From the NCBI GenBank assembly GCA_963748815.1, contig CAVVKJ010000005.1, forward strand, positions 128,001-192,000: a stretch of DNA of 64,000 nt. The letters are read 5' to 3'. The stretch comes from an uncultured Gemmatimonadales bacterium (lineage in GTDB: Bacteria > Gemmatimonadota > Gemmatimonadetes > Gemmatimonadales > GWC2-71-9). The notes under the pieces are model-generated. The model saw only the letters and a program-made list of their open reading frames with translations, was not told the origin of the DNA and searched no databases. Positions 1-11,730 of the stretch are shown one piece after another (the stretch's first letter is position 1; every line of letters starts with the position of its first letter). The position numbers and the translations under genes are program-made.

Positions 1-72
1 GCGGAGTTGGCCGACGGGTGCGAACGTATCGGAGACTGGTTTCGCCTCCCGATTCCCATCATCGAGATCCTG

Positions 73-795
73 ATGCCCCTGCCGATTCCCGGCCGAGCCA
101 CGCTGGCCCTTGCCCTCCTCACCGTCCTCACGAGCGCACCCGTGCCCCTCCTTGCCCAGCAGGCCGCCCCGAACACCCTCACGGCCGCCGAGCGCTCCGC
201 CGGGTGGACCCTGCTCTTCGACGGCACCACCACGACGGGGTGGCGTGGGTTCCGAATGTCCACGATGCCGGCGGGCTGGGAGGCCAGGGACGGCGCCCTG
301 ACACGGGTGAGCGAGGCGGCGGACATCATTACCACGGCGGAATACGCCAGCTTCGAGTTGATGCTGGAATGGAGCATTTCCCCCAAGGGCAACAGCGGCA
401 TCATGTACCGGGTCACGGAGGCGGACAGCAACACCTACGAGACCGGACCCGAATACCAGGTGCTCGACGACGCGGGCCACCGCGACGGGCTGTCGCGCCT
501 CACCGCCGCGGGGTCCGTGTATGGCCTCTATCCCGCCCCCGACAGCCTGGTCCGACCGGTGGGCGCGTGGAACCAGGCGCGCATCGTGGTGAATGGCAAT
601 GATGTCGAACACTGGCTCAACGGGACGCTGGTGGCGCACTACGTGCTGGGCAGCCCCGACTGGGAGGCCCGGGTGGCGAAGAGCAAGTTCACGCAGTGGC
701 CGGGCTACGGAAAGGCGAAGACGGGCTACATCGCCCTCCAGGAACACGGCGGGTGGGTGGCGTACCGGAATATCAAGATCCGGGTGCTGCCGTGA
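73..795 (+). CDS. DUF1080 (3-keto-disaccharide hydrolase family) secreted protein
   Basis: Signal peptide; GWxLLFDG, GNSGIMY, GPEYQVLDD, WNQARI and GYIALQEHG...YRNIKIR motifs; ATG at 73 chosen within ORF 7..795. Confidence 0.9.
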   Translation: MPLPIPGRATLALALLTVLTSAPVPLLAQQAAPNTLTAAERSAGWTLLFDGTTTTGWRGFRMSTMPAGWEARDGALTRVSEAADIITTAEYASFELMLEWSISPKGNSGIMYRVTEADSNTYETGPEYQVLDDAGHRDGLSRLTAAGSVYGLYPAPDSLVRPVGAWNQARIVVNGNDVEHWLNGTLVAHYVLGSPDWEARVAKSKFTQWPGYGKAKTGYIALQEHGGWVAYRNIKIRVLP

Positions 796-2027
796 GCGGC
801 AGCACGGCGGGGCAGGGGGGCAGCGGGGCGGTCAAGACCAAGCTGTCCGATCATGATGTTCCTGCAGTTCTTCATCTGGGGCGCCTGGTTCGTCACGATG
901 GGCACCTACCTCGGCAACACCCTGCAATTCGACGGCGGGCAGATCGGCCTCGCCTACGGCGCGCTGGCCATCGCCGCGATCGTCTCTCCGTTCTTCGTCG
1001 GCATGGTGGCGGACCGGTTCTTTGCGACGGAACGGATCCTGGCGCTGCTCCACCTGGCGGGCGCCGCCATGCTCTGGTGGGCCTCGACCCTCGACCACCT
1101 TCAACGCCTTCTACCTGGTGCTCATCGGCTACGGGCTCTGCTACATGCCGACGCTGGCGCTCACCAACTCGATCGCCTTCGACCACGTGCGCGATCCCGG
1201 CAAGGAGTTCCCCGCCATCCGGGTCCTCGGCACCATCGGGTGGATCGTGGCCGGATTGATGGTCGGGCGGATGGGCCTCGAGGCCACCGCCGCGCCGATG
1301 CAGCTGGCGGCCGGCGCCTCGGTGGTGCTCGGCCTCTTCTGCCTCCTGCTCCCGCATACGCCACCGCACGCCGCCGGCAAGCCGTTCAGCGTGCGCGACG
1401 TCCTCGGACTCGACGCCCTGGCGCTGCTCAAGGACCGCTCCTTCGCGACCTTCGTGGTCGGCTCGTTCCTGCTCTGCATCCCGCTGCAGTTCTACTACGC
1501 CTTCACCAATCTCTTCCTGAACGAGATCGGGATGGCGGAGCCGGCGAGCAAGATGACCCTCGGCCAGATGTCCGAGATCGGCTTCATGCTGCTGCTGCCC
1601 GTGGTTCCTGAAGCGCTGGGGGGTGCGGCGGATCCTGCTGGTCGGCATGCTGGCCTGGGCGGTGCGGTACTTCTTCTTCGCCTACGGCAACGCCGGTCCC
1701 GCGATCTGGATGCTCTACGCCGGCATCCTGCTGCACGGCATCTGCTACGACTTCTTCTTCGTGACGGGCCAGATCTACACCGACGAACGGGCCGGCCCGA
1801 AGATTCGGGCGGCGGCGCAGGGGTTCCTGGCGTTCATCACCCAGGGAGTCGGTTACCTGATCGGCGCCTGGGCCTCCGGGCGGGTCGTCCAGCACTTCAC
1901 GCTTCCCGGCGGCGGGCACGACTGGCGGAACATCTGGCAGGTGCCCGCCGTCGGCGCCGTCGTCATCCTCGTGGTCTTTGCGCTTCTCTTCCGGCCCGCC
2001 GCGGCGCGGGCCTCCACCCCGGCCTGA
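792..2027 (+). CDS. MFS nucleoside/sugar permease (NupG/YegT-like), frameshifted
   Basis: [37 protein letters not shown] and [16 protein letters not shown] lie in successive frames; shifts near 850, 1095 and 1610; GTGA overlap with upstream stop. Confidence 0.85.
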
Positions 2028-2038
2028 CGGACTCCGAC

Positions 2039-3381
2039 ATGACCAAGATCCACCCAACCCGGCGGGACTTCGTGGGCAGCGTGGCGGCGGCGAGCACGGC
2101 CTTCACCATCGTGCCGCGTCACGTCCTCGGCGGCCCCGGCTACACCGCGCCGAGCGACCTGCTGAACATCGCGTGCATCGGCGTGGGCGGCATGGGGGAA
2201 AGCGACGTCCGCGGGGTGTCGAGCCAGAACATCTACGCGCTGTGCGACGTGGACCTCAAGCAATCGGAAGACACCTTCCGGAAGTATCCGAACGCCAAGA
2301 AGTACCGCGACTACCGCGAAATGCTCGACCAGGAGGGGAAGCACATCGACGCCGTGACCATCACGATTCCCGACCACGGCCACGCCGCGGCGGCGATGAT
2401 GGCGCTCCGGATGAACAAGAACGTCTATTGCCAGAAGCCGCTGGCGCGCACGCTGACGGAGGTGCGCGCGCTCAAGGCGCAGGCGGCCAAGACGAAGGTG
2501 GCCACCCAGATGGGCAACCAGGGGCACGCCGGCGAGGGGATCCGGACGCTGCGCGAATGGGTCGAAGCCGGCGTGATCGGCACCGTGCGCGAGGTGCAGT
2601 ACTGGACCAACCGCCCGATCTGGCCCCAGGGCATGGAGCGCCCGACCGACCTCCACGCCCCGCCGCTCACGCTCGACTGGAATCTCTGGCTCGGGCCGGC
2701 GCCGGAGCGGCCCTACAATCCGGCCTACGCCCCGTTCCGCTGGCGCGGGTGGTGGGACTTCGGGACCGGCGCCCTGGGCGACATGGCCTGCCACGGCATG
2801 GACGCCGCCTACTGGATTCTCGATCTCGGCTACCCGGAGCGAATCATCCCCGAATCCACCCAGCGCTATCTCGAGACGGCGCCGAAGTCGAGCCGGGTGG
2901 AATACCAGTTCCCGGCCAAGGGAAAGCGGCCCGGCGGTGAAGGTGGTCTGGCGCGACGGCGACCTCCGCCCGCCGCAGCCGGTAGGGCTTCCCATCACGA
3001 TGGAATGGCCACCGTCCGACATCGGCGGGCAGATGTGGGTGGGCGACGACGGCGCCCTGATTGCGGGCATGTATGGCGAGGATCCGGTCTTGCTCGACCC
3101 CAAGCGCGACGCGGAAGTGCGGGCCAATCCGCCGGTCAAGGTCTATGACCGCTCGAAGGGGGTGCATGACGAGTGGATCGACGCCTGCAAGGGTGGGCCG
3201 GCCGGCGCTGTCGAGCTTCGACGGCTACGCGGGCGGACTGACGGAGATGGTGCTGCTGGGGTGCCTGGCCATCCGGGCGGGGCAGACGCTGCAGATCGAT
3301 CCGGTGACCGGAAACGTGACGAACATGAAGTTGCCGGAGGAGTGGATTACGCCGAAATACCGGAGTGGCTGGACGCTGTAG
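2039..3381 (+). CDS. Gfo/Idh/MocA oxidoreductase with Tat signal, frameshifted
   Basis: TRRDF Tat motif, [31 protein letters not shown]; shifts near 2935 and 3205. Confidence 0.88.
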
Positions 3382-3411
3382 GCCCGCCGCCGCCCTCAGG
3401 AAGGGACGCGC

Positions 3412-4740
3412 ATGCCCTGGGACCGCCTGCAGTTCGCCTTCACCGTCACCTATCACTACCTCTTTCCCCAGCTCACGATGGGGCTGGCGCTGCTCATCGT
3501 CGTCTTCAAGTGGCAGCACCTGCGCACCGGTGAGGCGCGCTGGGCGCGGGCGGCTCGGTTCTGGGCGCGCATCTTCGGCATCAACTTCGGCGTCGGCGTG
3601 GTCACCGGCATCCCCCTCGAGTTCCAGTTCGGGACCAACTGGGCCGCGTTCTCCGCCTATGCGGGCGGCGTCATCGGGCAGACGCTGGCGATGGAAGGGG
3701 TCTTCGCCTTCTTCCTCGAATCCACGGTGCTCGGCCTGTTCCTCTACGGCGAGAAGATGCTGAGCCCGCGGGCGCACTTCGCCACCGCGGTGCTGCTCTG
3801 CCTGGGCAGCTGGGCGTCGGGCTACTTCATCGTGGCCACCAACGCCTTCATGCAGCATCCGGTGGGCTACGCGGTGGACGCCGCCGGCAGCGCTGCAGGT
3901 CAGTTCCTTCGGCGCGTTCCTGCTCAACCCCTGGGCGCTCTGGCAGTACGCCGCACACCATGAGCGCCGCCGTCATCACCGGCGCCTTCGTGGTGGCCGC
4001 CGTAGGCGCCTTCTGGCAGTTGAGCGGCCGGCACCTGGAGGACGCGCGGACCTTCCTGCAGGTGGGCGTGCTGTGCGGCCTGATCGCCACGGTCGACGCA
4101 GATCATGCCGACCGGCGACCAGCGCGGGAAGCTCGTGGCCCGGGACCAGCCGGTCGGGCTGGCCGCCATGGAAGGGCGTCTTCAATGGCGGACCCGAAGC
4201 GCCGCTGGCCATCATCGGCCAGCCCGAACATGGAGGCCGGCCGGCTGGACAACCCGATCGAGGTGCCGGCGGTGCTGAGCTTCCTGGCCTACGGCTCCTT
4301 CGGCAGCACGGTGCAGGGGCTGAACGATTTTCCGCGGGACACCTGGCCCGACAACATTCCCCTCCTGTACTACGCCTATCACATCATGGTCGGGCTCGGC
4401 ACCCTGATGCTCGCGCTCATGGCGGTGAGCGCCCTGCTCCTCTGGAGAAAGCGGCTCTTCGACACTCCCGCCGTGCTCTGGGCGCTCATGCTGGCCTTCC
4501 CGTTTCCCTACATCGCGACGACGGCCGGATGGATCACCACCGAACTGGGCCGCGCAGCCCTGGATCGTCTACGGGCTGATGCGCACGCACGCCGGCGCCT
4601 CGCCGTCGGTCAACGAGGGCGAGGTGGTCTTCAGCACGATCGGATTCATGGGACTCTACCTGGTGGTCGGCCTGCTCTTCCTCTATCTCGTTGCGCGCGA
4701 GCTGCATCACGGCCCCCGTCCTGCTGCCGGGGAGGCGTGA
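3412..4740 (+). CDS. cydA: Cytochrome bd ubiquinol oxidase subunit I, frameshifted
   Basis: RLQFAFTVTYHYLF, GVVTGIPLEFQFGTNW, EGVFAFFLES, NAFMQHP, GWITTELGR; several indels. Confidence 0.9.
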
Positions 4741-4742
4741 CG

Positions 4743-5781
4743 ATGGCGGCGCTCTGGTTCGGGTTGCTGGCCGTGATGCTGGCCGTGTACGCGGTGCTCG
4801 ATGGCTTCGACTTCGGGGTCGGCGTGCTGCATCAGACTCGTGGCCCGGACCGACGCGGAGCGGCGCCAGGTGCTGAACACCATCGGGCCGGTATGGGACG
4901 GCAACGAGGTGTGGCTGATCGCGTCGGGGGCGTGCTCTTCCTGACCTTTCCCGCCGCCTATGCCGCCGGGATTCAGCGGCTTCTACCTGCCCCTGATGGT
5001 CGTGCTCTGGCTGCTGATCCTGCGCGGGCTGTCGATCGAGCTCCGCTCCCACGAGGCACACCCGCTCTGGCGGGCCTTCTGGGACGCCACGCTGCAATTG
5101 GCGTCGGTCCTGATGGCCGTCGTCCTCGGCGCGGCGCTGGGCAACGTGATCCGCGGCGTTCCGCTCGACGCGTCAGGGTACTTCCAGCCTGCCGCTCTTC
5201 GGGGATTTCTCGCCCTGGGGACCCGACCGGCGTGCTCGACTGGTACACCACGACGATCGGCGTCCTCACGCTGGCCATCCTGACGCTCCACGGTGCCCTC
5301 TACCTGGTTTGGAAGGCCGAGGGACCGGTGGCGGCGCGTGCGCTGGCGGTCGCCCGAAGGACGTGGTGGATCGTGGCCGTCCTGGGCATGGTCGCGACGG
5401 CGCTGACGTGGAAGGTGCAGCCCGGGCTGTATGTGATGATCGGGAGCCGGATCTGGCCGACCGCCCTGGTGGCGGTCGGCGCTCGCGGGATATCTCAGTG
5501 TGCCGCTCAGGCTCAATCGAAGCGAGGAGCGGAGCGCATTCCTGGGCTCGGTCGCCGTCATCCTCGGCATCCTGGGTGCGACGGCCGCCGGCCTCTATCC
5601 AAACATCCTCAGCTCCAACATCGACCCGCAGTTCTCGATCACGGCCCAGTCGGCGCAGGCGGGCGGGTATGGATTGCGGGTCGCGCTGGTCTGGTGGGTG
5701 CCGGGAATCCTGCTGGCGATAGGGTACTTCGCCCATCTGTTCTGGCGGTTCCGGGGGAAGGTGGGAGTGGGGGAGGTCTGA
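4743..5781 (+). CDS. cydB: Cytochrome bd ubiquinol oxidase subunit II, frameshifted
   Basis: [41 protein letters not shown]; directly follows cydA. Confidence 0.88.
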
Positions 5782-5800
5782 GCGCCGGAGTCCATGAGAC

Positions 5801-5877
5801 TGGACCCCGGCTTTCGCGGGGGTGACGGCAGGTAGATCCCCCCTCTCCGCTTGCCGGAGAGGGGGCAGGGGGTGAGG
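5801..5877 (-). repeat. Composite REP unit: family 1 (CCCCCTCTCC-GGCAAGC-GGAGAGGGG) plus family 2 (CGTCACCCC..GAAAGCCGGGGTCCA)
   Basis: Reverse complement is nearly identical to 22624-22702; abuts the stop codon at 5878-5880. Confidence 0.85.
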
Positions 5878-7119
5878 TCAGGGCCGCCAGGTGCCCTTCG
5901 CCACCTTCGGCACAAACGAATCCAGTCCCCTCGGCGGGAACTTGACCGTCTTCCCTGATTCCGCGCTCATGTAGGCCGCCATCAGCGTCCGCACCACCTC
6001 CACGCCGTCATCGAAGGTCAGCTTCGGCTTCTCGAGCCCGAGGAAGACCCGCACGAAGTGCCGATCCTCCGCCTCGTAGCCGTACGCCATTGGTTCATTG
6101 GCCACCACCGGCATCTGGCCCTGCTCGGCGTTCTGCTTCTCGACCAGGTCTTCTCCCTCCCGCCCCTTCACTTCCCGGCTGAAGAAGAGCTTGAGCCCGC
6201 TGTCGAGGGTGTTCCAGGTCATGGAGTACTCGGGGCCCAGCAGTTCTGCCGACAGCCGGAGGCCAGCGCCGACGAAGCTCCACGAGGTGGTGGCCTCGCC
6301 CAGCACGGTGTGCCCGGAGTCGGTCTCGAACTCGATGGTGACGCTGGCAAAGTCCTCGGCGGGGCGCTTGGCGTAGTCCACCGCGGGACCCATCGTCTTC
6401 TTGAGGCGGCGGACATACTCCGGGCGGGACCACTTGAGGCTGGCAATCCGCCCTGTGATGGCGACCGGCCGCACCGAAGAGCGGGGGGCGCCGGGCTTGG
6501 TCAGGAGATGGCGCACCACCTCCACCGAGTGGCACATCATGTCGTTCAGCACCCCGCCGCCCTGCAGTTTCCCCTGCCAGAACCAGGGCATGTGCGGTCC
6601 GCTGTGCTCCTCGGCGGCGCGCGCCAGGTAGGGGCGCCCGGTCGTGGCGGCACCCCGGGCCCAGAGGAGCATCCGGCCATGCTCCACCTGCGGGCTGAAG
6701 AGCTGGTTCTCGAGGTAGCCGTGGGCGATGCCCGCCTTCTTCGTCATGGCGGCCACCTGTTTTGCTTCCCTTACCGTGCGGGCGAGTGGTTTCTCACAGG
6801 CGAGGCCGAGGAGCTCCCCCTTGCCGCGGAGGACGGCGTCGGTGATCTCCTCGACGTTCTCGACGCGGGCGTGGTTGGGTCCGCAGAGCCAGATGGCATC
6901 GATGGCGGGGTCGGCGACCATCTCAGTGATGGAGCCGTACGCCTTGGCACGGCCCACATCGAGCTTGCGGGCGAACGCCGCGGCGTCCGCGGCGTTCTTC
7001 TTGTTGGGGCTCCAGACGCCGAGGACGTCGGCGTCGCGGACACCCTGCCAGGCCTGCATGTGGAACCGAGTGTTGAAGCCGCTGCCGATGAATCCGACGC
7101 CGAGCCGACGCTTGGGCAT
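5878..7119 (-). CDS. Gfo/Idh/MocA family oxidoreductase
   Basis: LGVGFIGSGF, CEKPLAR, GGGVLNDMMCH; C-terminal part of the artefactually fused ORF 5878..9477. Confidence 0.88.
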   Translation of the reverse strand: MPKRRLGVGFIGSGFNTRFHMQAWQGVRDADVLGVWSPNKKNAADAAAFARKLDVGRAKAYGSITEMVADPAIDAIWLCGPNHARVENVEEITDAVLRGKGELLGLACEKPLARTVREAKQVAAMTKKAGIAHGYLENQLFSPQVEHGRMLLWARGAATTGRPYLARAAEEHSGPHMPWFWQGKLQGGGVLNDMMCHSVEVVRHLLTKPGAPRSSVRPVAITGRIASLKWSRPEYVRRLKKTMGPAVDYAKRPAEDFASVTIEFETDSGHTVLGEATTSWSFVGAGLRLSAELLGPEYSMTWNTLDSGLKLFFSREVKGREGEDLVEKQNAEQGQMPVVANEPMAYGYEAEDRHFVRVFLGLEKPKLTFDDGVEVVRTLMAAYMSAESGKTVKFPPRGLDSFVPKVAKGTWRP

Positions 7120-7130
7120 GTCTACTCCAC

Positions 7131-7707
7131 TCAGGTGTAGCTGACACCCAGCTGCTTGAGCTGGGGCTCGGGACAGCCGGTCCATTCCGGGCACGAAGGT
7201 GTTGCCGATGTACTTGATGTCCTCGACGCCGACCTTGCTGGTCCAGTAGCCGGTGGCCGTCAGGTTCCGGAATTCGTTGAAGAACGCGGCAGGCTCCTTG
7301 AACGCTTCACCGGCCTTCTTCGGCCATGCGATGTCGTCCAGGATCAACTTCTGGTCGTGTGCGGAGGCGGCGACGAACGACGACTGAAACCGCTTCTGCG
7401 ATTCGGCGTCGAGCCAGGCGAGGCCGGTCCGCATCCGCTCCCGGTTGTCCATCTCCTCCGCCATCACGAAGTCCAGGAACTCGGGCACGCCGGCCTCGGT
7501 GGCGCTGGGGCCGCGCTCGTCGGCCGGGAGGGTCAGGTCCGCCAGCACGAACACCGTGGCGTACTCCTCGGTGGTGAAGAAGGTCGGCACATAGGGAGAG
7601 GCGCGATCGGCGGCCTTGCGAATCGTGTCGGCGCGGCAGCCGGCGGCGCCGGCAGCCAGCGCCACACCCAGCAGGCCGAGCATGTCTCGGCGGGAGAGGT
7701 CGGTCAC
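7131..7707 (-). CDS. Gluconate 2-dehydrogenase subunit 3 family protein (Tat chaperone subunit of GMC dehydrogenase)
   Basis: LSRRDML Tat motif, SATEAGVPEFLDF, TATGYWTSKVG..IKYIGN; frameshift near 7185. Confidence 0.85.
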
Positions 7708-9399
7708 AGGGCCCCCTGGCGGCGTTGCGCCGCGATGTACTCGGAGGTGCGCATCGAGAGCGCAAGGATGGTCCAGGTCGGGTTCTTGTCCGCCTGCGAC
7801 ACGAACGGCCCGCCGTCGGCCACGAAGAGGTTCTTCACGTCGTGCGCCTGGCAGTTGGCGTTGACCACGGAGCTGCCCGGGTCGTTGCCCATCCGGACGC
7901 AGCCGAGTTCGTGGATGATCTGCCCGCCGGTCGCGATGCCGTAGCCCTGTTCCCTGGTGGGCATCGGACTGAACACCTCGCCCCCCATCTCGTCGATCAG
8001 CGCGCGGAAGGTTTCCTGCATGTGCTTGACCTGCTTGTACTCGTAGTCGCTCCACTTCCAGTGGAACCGGAGGACCGGGATGCCCCACTGATCCTTGGTG
8101 TCGGGGTCGATTTCGCAGTAGGAGTCGGCGTTGGGAATCATCTCGCCGCGGCCGCTGAAGCCGATGGTGGTGCCGTAGAGCCGGCGGTAGGAGTCCTTCA
8201 GCGCCTTCCCATAGCCGCCGAACTCGGGGTAGTTCTGGATGCCGCCCATGAAGCCGTAGGACGGCTGGCCGCGGCCGCCCCAGATCTCGATGTGGTAGCC
8301 ACGCGGAAAGTCGAGCTTCTTGTTGTCGAGCCACCAGGGGCTGTAGAGGTGCCCGCCGCCCACGCCGTCCTCGTTGTGCGGAATCCCGTTCTCGAGCTTG
8401 GGGATGAACCCCGCCACGTCGGTGCCAGTGGTGTCGGTCAGGTACTTGCCCGACCACGCCGCTCGAGTTGGCCAGCCCGTGGGGAAACGAGCTGCTCCTG
8501 GAGTTGAGGAGGAGGCGCGCGGACTCACAGGCGCTGGCCGCCAGGACCACCACCCTGGCCCGGACCCGCTGGTCGGTGTTGGTGGTCTTGTCCACGTACG
8601 TGACACCGTCGGCGAGTCCGTTGGTGCCGACCGTCACCTCGCGCGCCATCGCGTTGGTGATCATCGTCAGCTTGCCGGTGGCCATGGCCGGGGGGATCAG
8701 GACGTTGGTGGAGGAGAAGTTGGCGTTGACGGCGCAGCCGCGGTTGCACTGCCCGCAGTAGTGGCAGGCGGGGCGGTCGCCCAGCGGCTGGGTGATGATC
8801 GAGAGTCGCGCCGGAATGCAGGTCACCTTGAGATTGTCGCAGGCCTGCTTCACCAGCAATTCGTAGCAGCGGGGCCTCGGCGCCGGCATGAAATGGCCGT
8901 CCGGCTCGTTCGGGAGGCCCTCGGCGCTGCCGAAGATGCCGATCAGGTCGTCCACCCGGTCGTAGTAGGGCGCGAGGTCGTCGTAGCTGATGGGCCAGTC
9001 GTCGCCCAGGCCGTCGAGGCTCTTCCGGCGGAAGTCGTTGGGGCCGAACCGGAGGGAAATCCGCCCCCAGTGGTTGGTGCGTCCCCCCACCATGCGCGCC
9101 CGCCACCAGCCGAATTTCGACCCGGGGGCCACGGTGTACGGCTCCCCCTCGATGTCCCATCCTCCGATGCAGGCGTCGAACTCGCCGAAGGGTCGCTCCT
9201 TGGTCCACGCGCCGCGCTTCGGCGTGTTGAACGGCCAGGTGAGCATGGCGGAGTCGGTGGTGTTGTCCCACGGCCCACCGGCTTCGAGCATCACGACATC
9301 GGCCCCGGCCTTGGTAAGCATGTACGCGGCCATGCCGCCGCCGGCGCCGGAGCCCACGATGCAGACGTCGTACACCTTCGACTGGTCCTGTTGAGTCAT
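7704..9399 (-). CDS. GMC family FAD oxidoreductase (glycoside 3-dehydrogenase-like), frameshifted
   Basis: DVCIVGSGAGG, GGRTNHWGR, CHYCGQCNRGC Fe-S motif, IHELGCVRMG, KNPTWTILALSMR; shift near 8455. Confidence 0.9.
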
Positions 9400-9551
9400 C
9401 GGCCCGTCCGGGGGAGGAGGATTCGGAAAGTACAGCGTGAGGCTCGGACCGGCTAGCGGGGCGTCAGCAAGTCTCACGCGTCTTCAGCGGCTCGGTGAGG
9501 CCCACCGCGATCTCACATTCCCGCTCCCCGCTTCCCTCCCCGCCTCTTTCA

Positions 9552-9704
9552 CCTCACCCCCTGACCCCCTCTCCGGCAAGCGGAGAGGGGGGACGTGCGT
9601 TCCGATTTCGATCGTCACCCCGGCGAAAGCCGGGGTCCATGTTTGGCCTTCCCCGCGTCTTTCACCTCACCCCCTGGCCCCCTCTCCACCATGTGGAGAG
9701 GGGG
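9552..9704 (+). repeat. REP mosaic: family 1 (9552-9592), family 2 (9613-9639), family 1 with ACCATGT loop (9665-9704)
   Basis: Palindromic units match those at 22624-22702 and 23411-23451. Confidence 0.85.
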
Positions 9705-9714
9705 TGTGAGATGC

Positions 9715-11557
9715 CTAGGGGGACTTACTGAACCGAGCCTGTCGCGGTGGGCTGGACGCGCCACTCGGCAGGAAGACCACGGCGGTCACGACAGTCCCGG
9801 CGCCGTCCACCGTCAGCGTGAGCGGGCCAGTGTACTCGGCTGAACTCTCCGTGGGGATTGTGCTGTCCAGCGTGTACCGAATGACCCCGTTGGCCAGTGG
9901 GCTCGTGAGGGTGACCACGGCGGAGCCGTTCGGCGTTGCCTGGTTCTTCTCCAGCCCCACCACGCTCGGCACCCGGTAGTTGACGCCCAGCCGGTCCAGC
10001 CCGTCGAGCGCGGAAGGCAGCCGCGCCATGAAGCTCGCCCAGTCCCGCGCCGAGGCAGGGCTCCAGGTCACTTCGGCCATGGCCAGCATCCGTGGAAAGA
10101 TCATGAACTCGACCCGATACGGGGTGGTCATGTACTCGGTCCACACATTGCCCTGGGCGCCGATGATGTGCGTGGCCTCCCCAGCAGTCAGCACATCCGG
10201 CACCGGCTCGAATCCGTAGACCTTGTCGAGCGGCACGTTGCCGCCGATCGAGAAGGGCTCGAGCGCTGGATCTCCCTGAGCGTAGTCGAAGTAGCTGTGG
10301 CTGGTGGGCGTCATGATCACGTCGTGCCCCTGCTGCGCCGCGGCGATGCCGCCGCTCACGCCGCGCCAGCTCATGACGGTGGCGTCGGGGGCGAGCCCGC
10401 CCTCGAGAATTTCATCCCACCCGATCAGCCGTCGGCCGTGCGCGTTCAGGAACCGTTCGATCCGCTGCACGAACCAGCTCTGGAGGGCATGTTCGTCGGC
10501 CAGCTGCTCCCGCTGGATGATGGACTGCGCCAGGTCGCTCGATTTCCACCGCGCCTTGGGCGCCTCGTCGCCGCCGACATGGATGTACGGCCCCGGAAAG
10601 AGGGCCATCACCTCGGTCAGGACGCCTTCAAGGAAGGCGAAGGTGGCCTCGCTCGGGCAGAAGATATCTTCCTCGACGCCCCACACCGTGCCGACCTCGA
10701 AGGGCCCCGGGGTGCAGGCCAGCTCGGGGTAGGAGGCGAGGGCGGCCATGGCATGACCCGGCATCTCGATTTCCGGGACGATGGTGATGTGCCGGGCGGC
10801 GGCATACGCCACTACCTGCCGGATCTCCTCCTGGGTATAGAAGCCGCAGTAGGGGATCCCGTCGCCGACATAGGGATTGAAGTTCTTGCTCGACGATCGT
10901 CTCGCGGCGACAGGAGCCGACGTCGGTGAGCTTCGGGTACGCCTTGATCTCGATCCGCCACCCCTGGTCGTCGGTCAGGTGCCAGTGGAAGGTGTTGAAC
11001 TTGTAGCGGGAAAGGAGGTCGATGTACCGCTCCACGAACGCCACCGGGAAGAAGTGCCGACTCACGTCGAGGTGCATGCCACGGTAGGGGAAGCGCGGGG
11101 CGTCGGTGATTTCGACGCGCGGCACCGTGCCCAACTCTCCGGCGTGGAGCAGCTGGCGGAAGGTCTGGAGGCCGTGGAAGAGGCCGGCCTCGGTCGGGGC
11201 CTCGATCACCACGCCCGACGACTGGCTGCTGAGGCGATAGCCCTCACGGCCCAGGATAGAGTCAGGGGCAATGAGTTGAAGTATCAGTCCGGCGGGTGGG
11301 GCGGGGCCGCTGCTGACCACCGGGCGCCATCCCAGTTCCGCCTCCAGCAGGTCGCTGGCGTAGGCCCCGAGCGCGGCGAGATCGCTCGGCTGGGGCGCCT
11401 GGAGCTGGATGCGGTGCCGCAGGGGAACGGCGCCGGTGTTCTGGATGACTTTCTTGGGGTACGGGATGAGCGGAAGGGGGGCCTGGGCGCTGACTGCCCG
11501 CACCGAGCAGACCGAGAGAACGAGGAGCAGTATCGCGCAGAGAATTCTCAAGGCCAT
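9715..11557 (-). CDS. Beta-N-acetylhexosaminidase (GH20) with C-terminal Fn3-associated/chitobiase-like domain, frameshifted
   Basis: RGMHLDVSRHFF, HWHLTDDQGWR, PEIEMPGH, HVGGDE, GAQGNVWTEY, IRYTLD; shift near 10890. Confidence 0.92.
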
Positions 11558-11598
11558 CTCCCAGGTGCCGGCACTCGATCTCGCTTGTCAATCGAAGC

Positions 11599-11665
11599 CC
11601 TTTGCGTCTCCTTGCGTCTTTGCGTCAACAGCTTTTTAGCGCAAAGACGCAAAGAGGCGCGAAGG
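11599..11665. repeat. Family 4 long hairpin (CTTTGCGTCT.. / ..CGCAAAGACGCAAAG)
   Basis: Long inverted repeat; second copy at 50328-50396. Confidence 0.75.
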
Positions 11666-11730
11666 ACTCCTCTTGAAACGCAGGCCTGCGTATTCTTGTG
11701 TCACGCATAATACAATTAAACGGGGTATCC

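Noticed and set aside
5878..9477. 1199-aa GMC/subunit-3/Gfo fusion in the ORF track
   Set aside because: It arises from two indels. Each of the three genes has its own start and stop codon.
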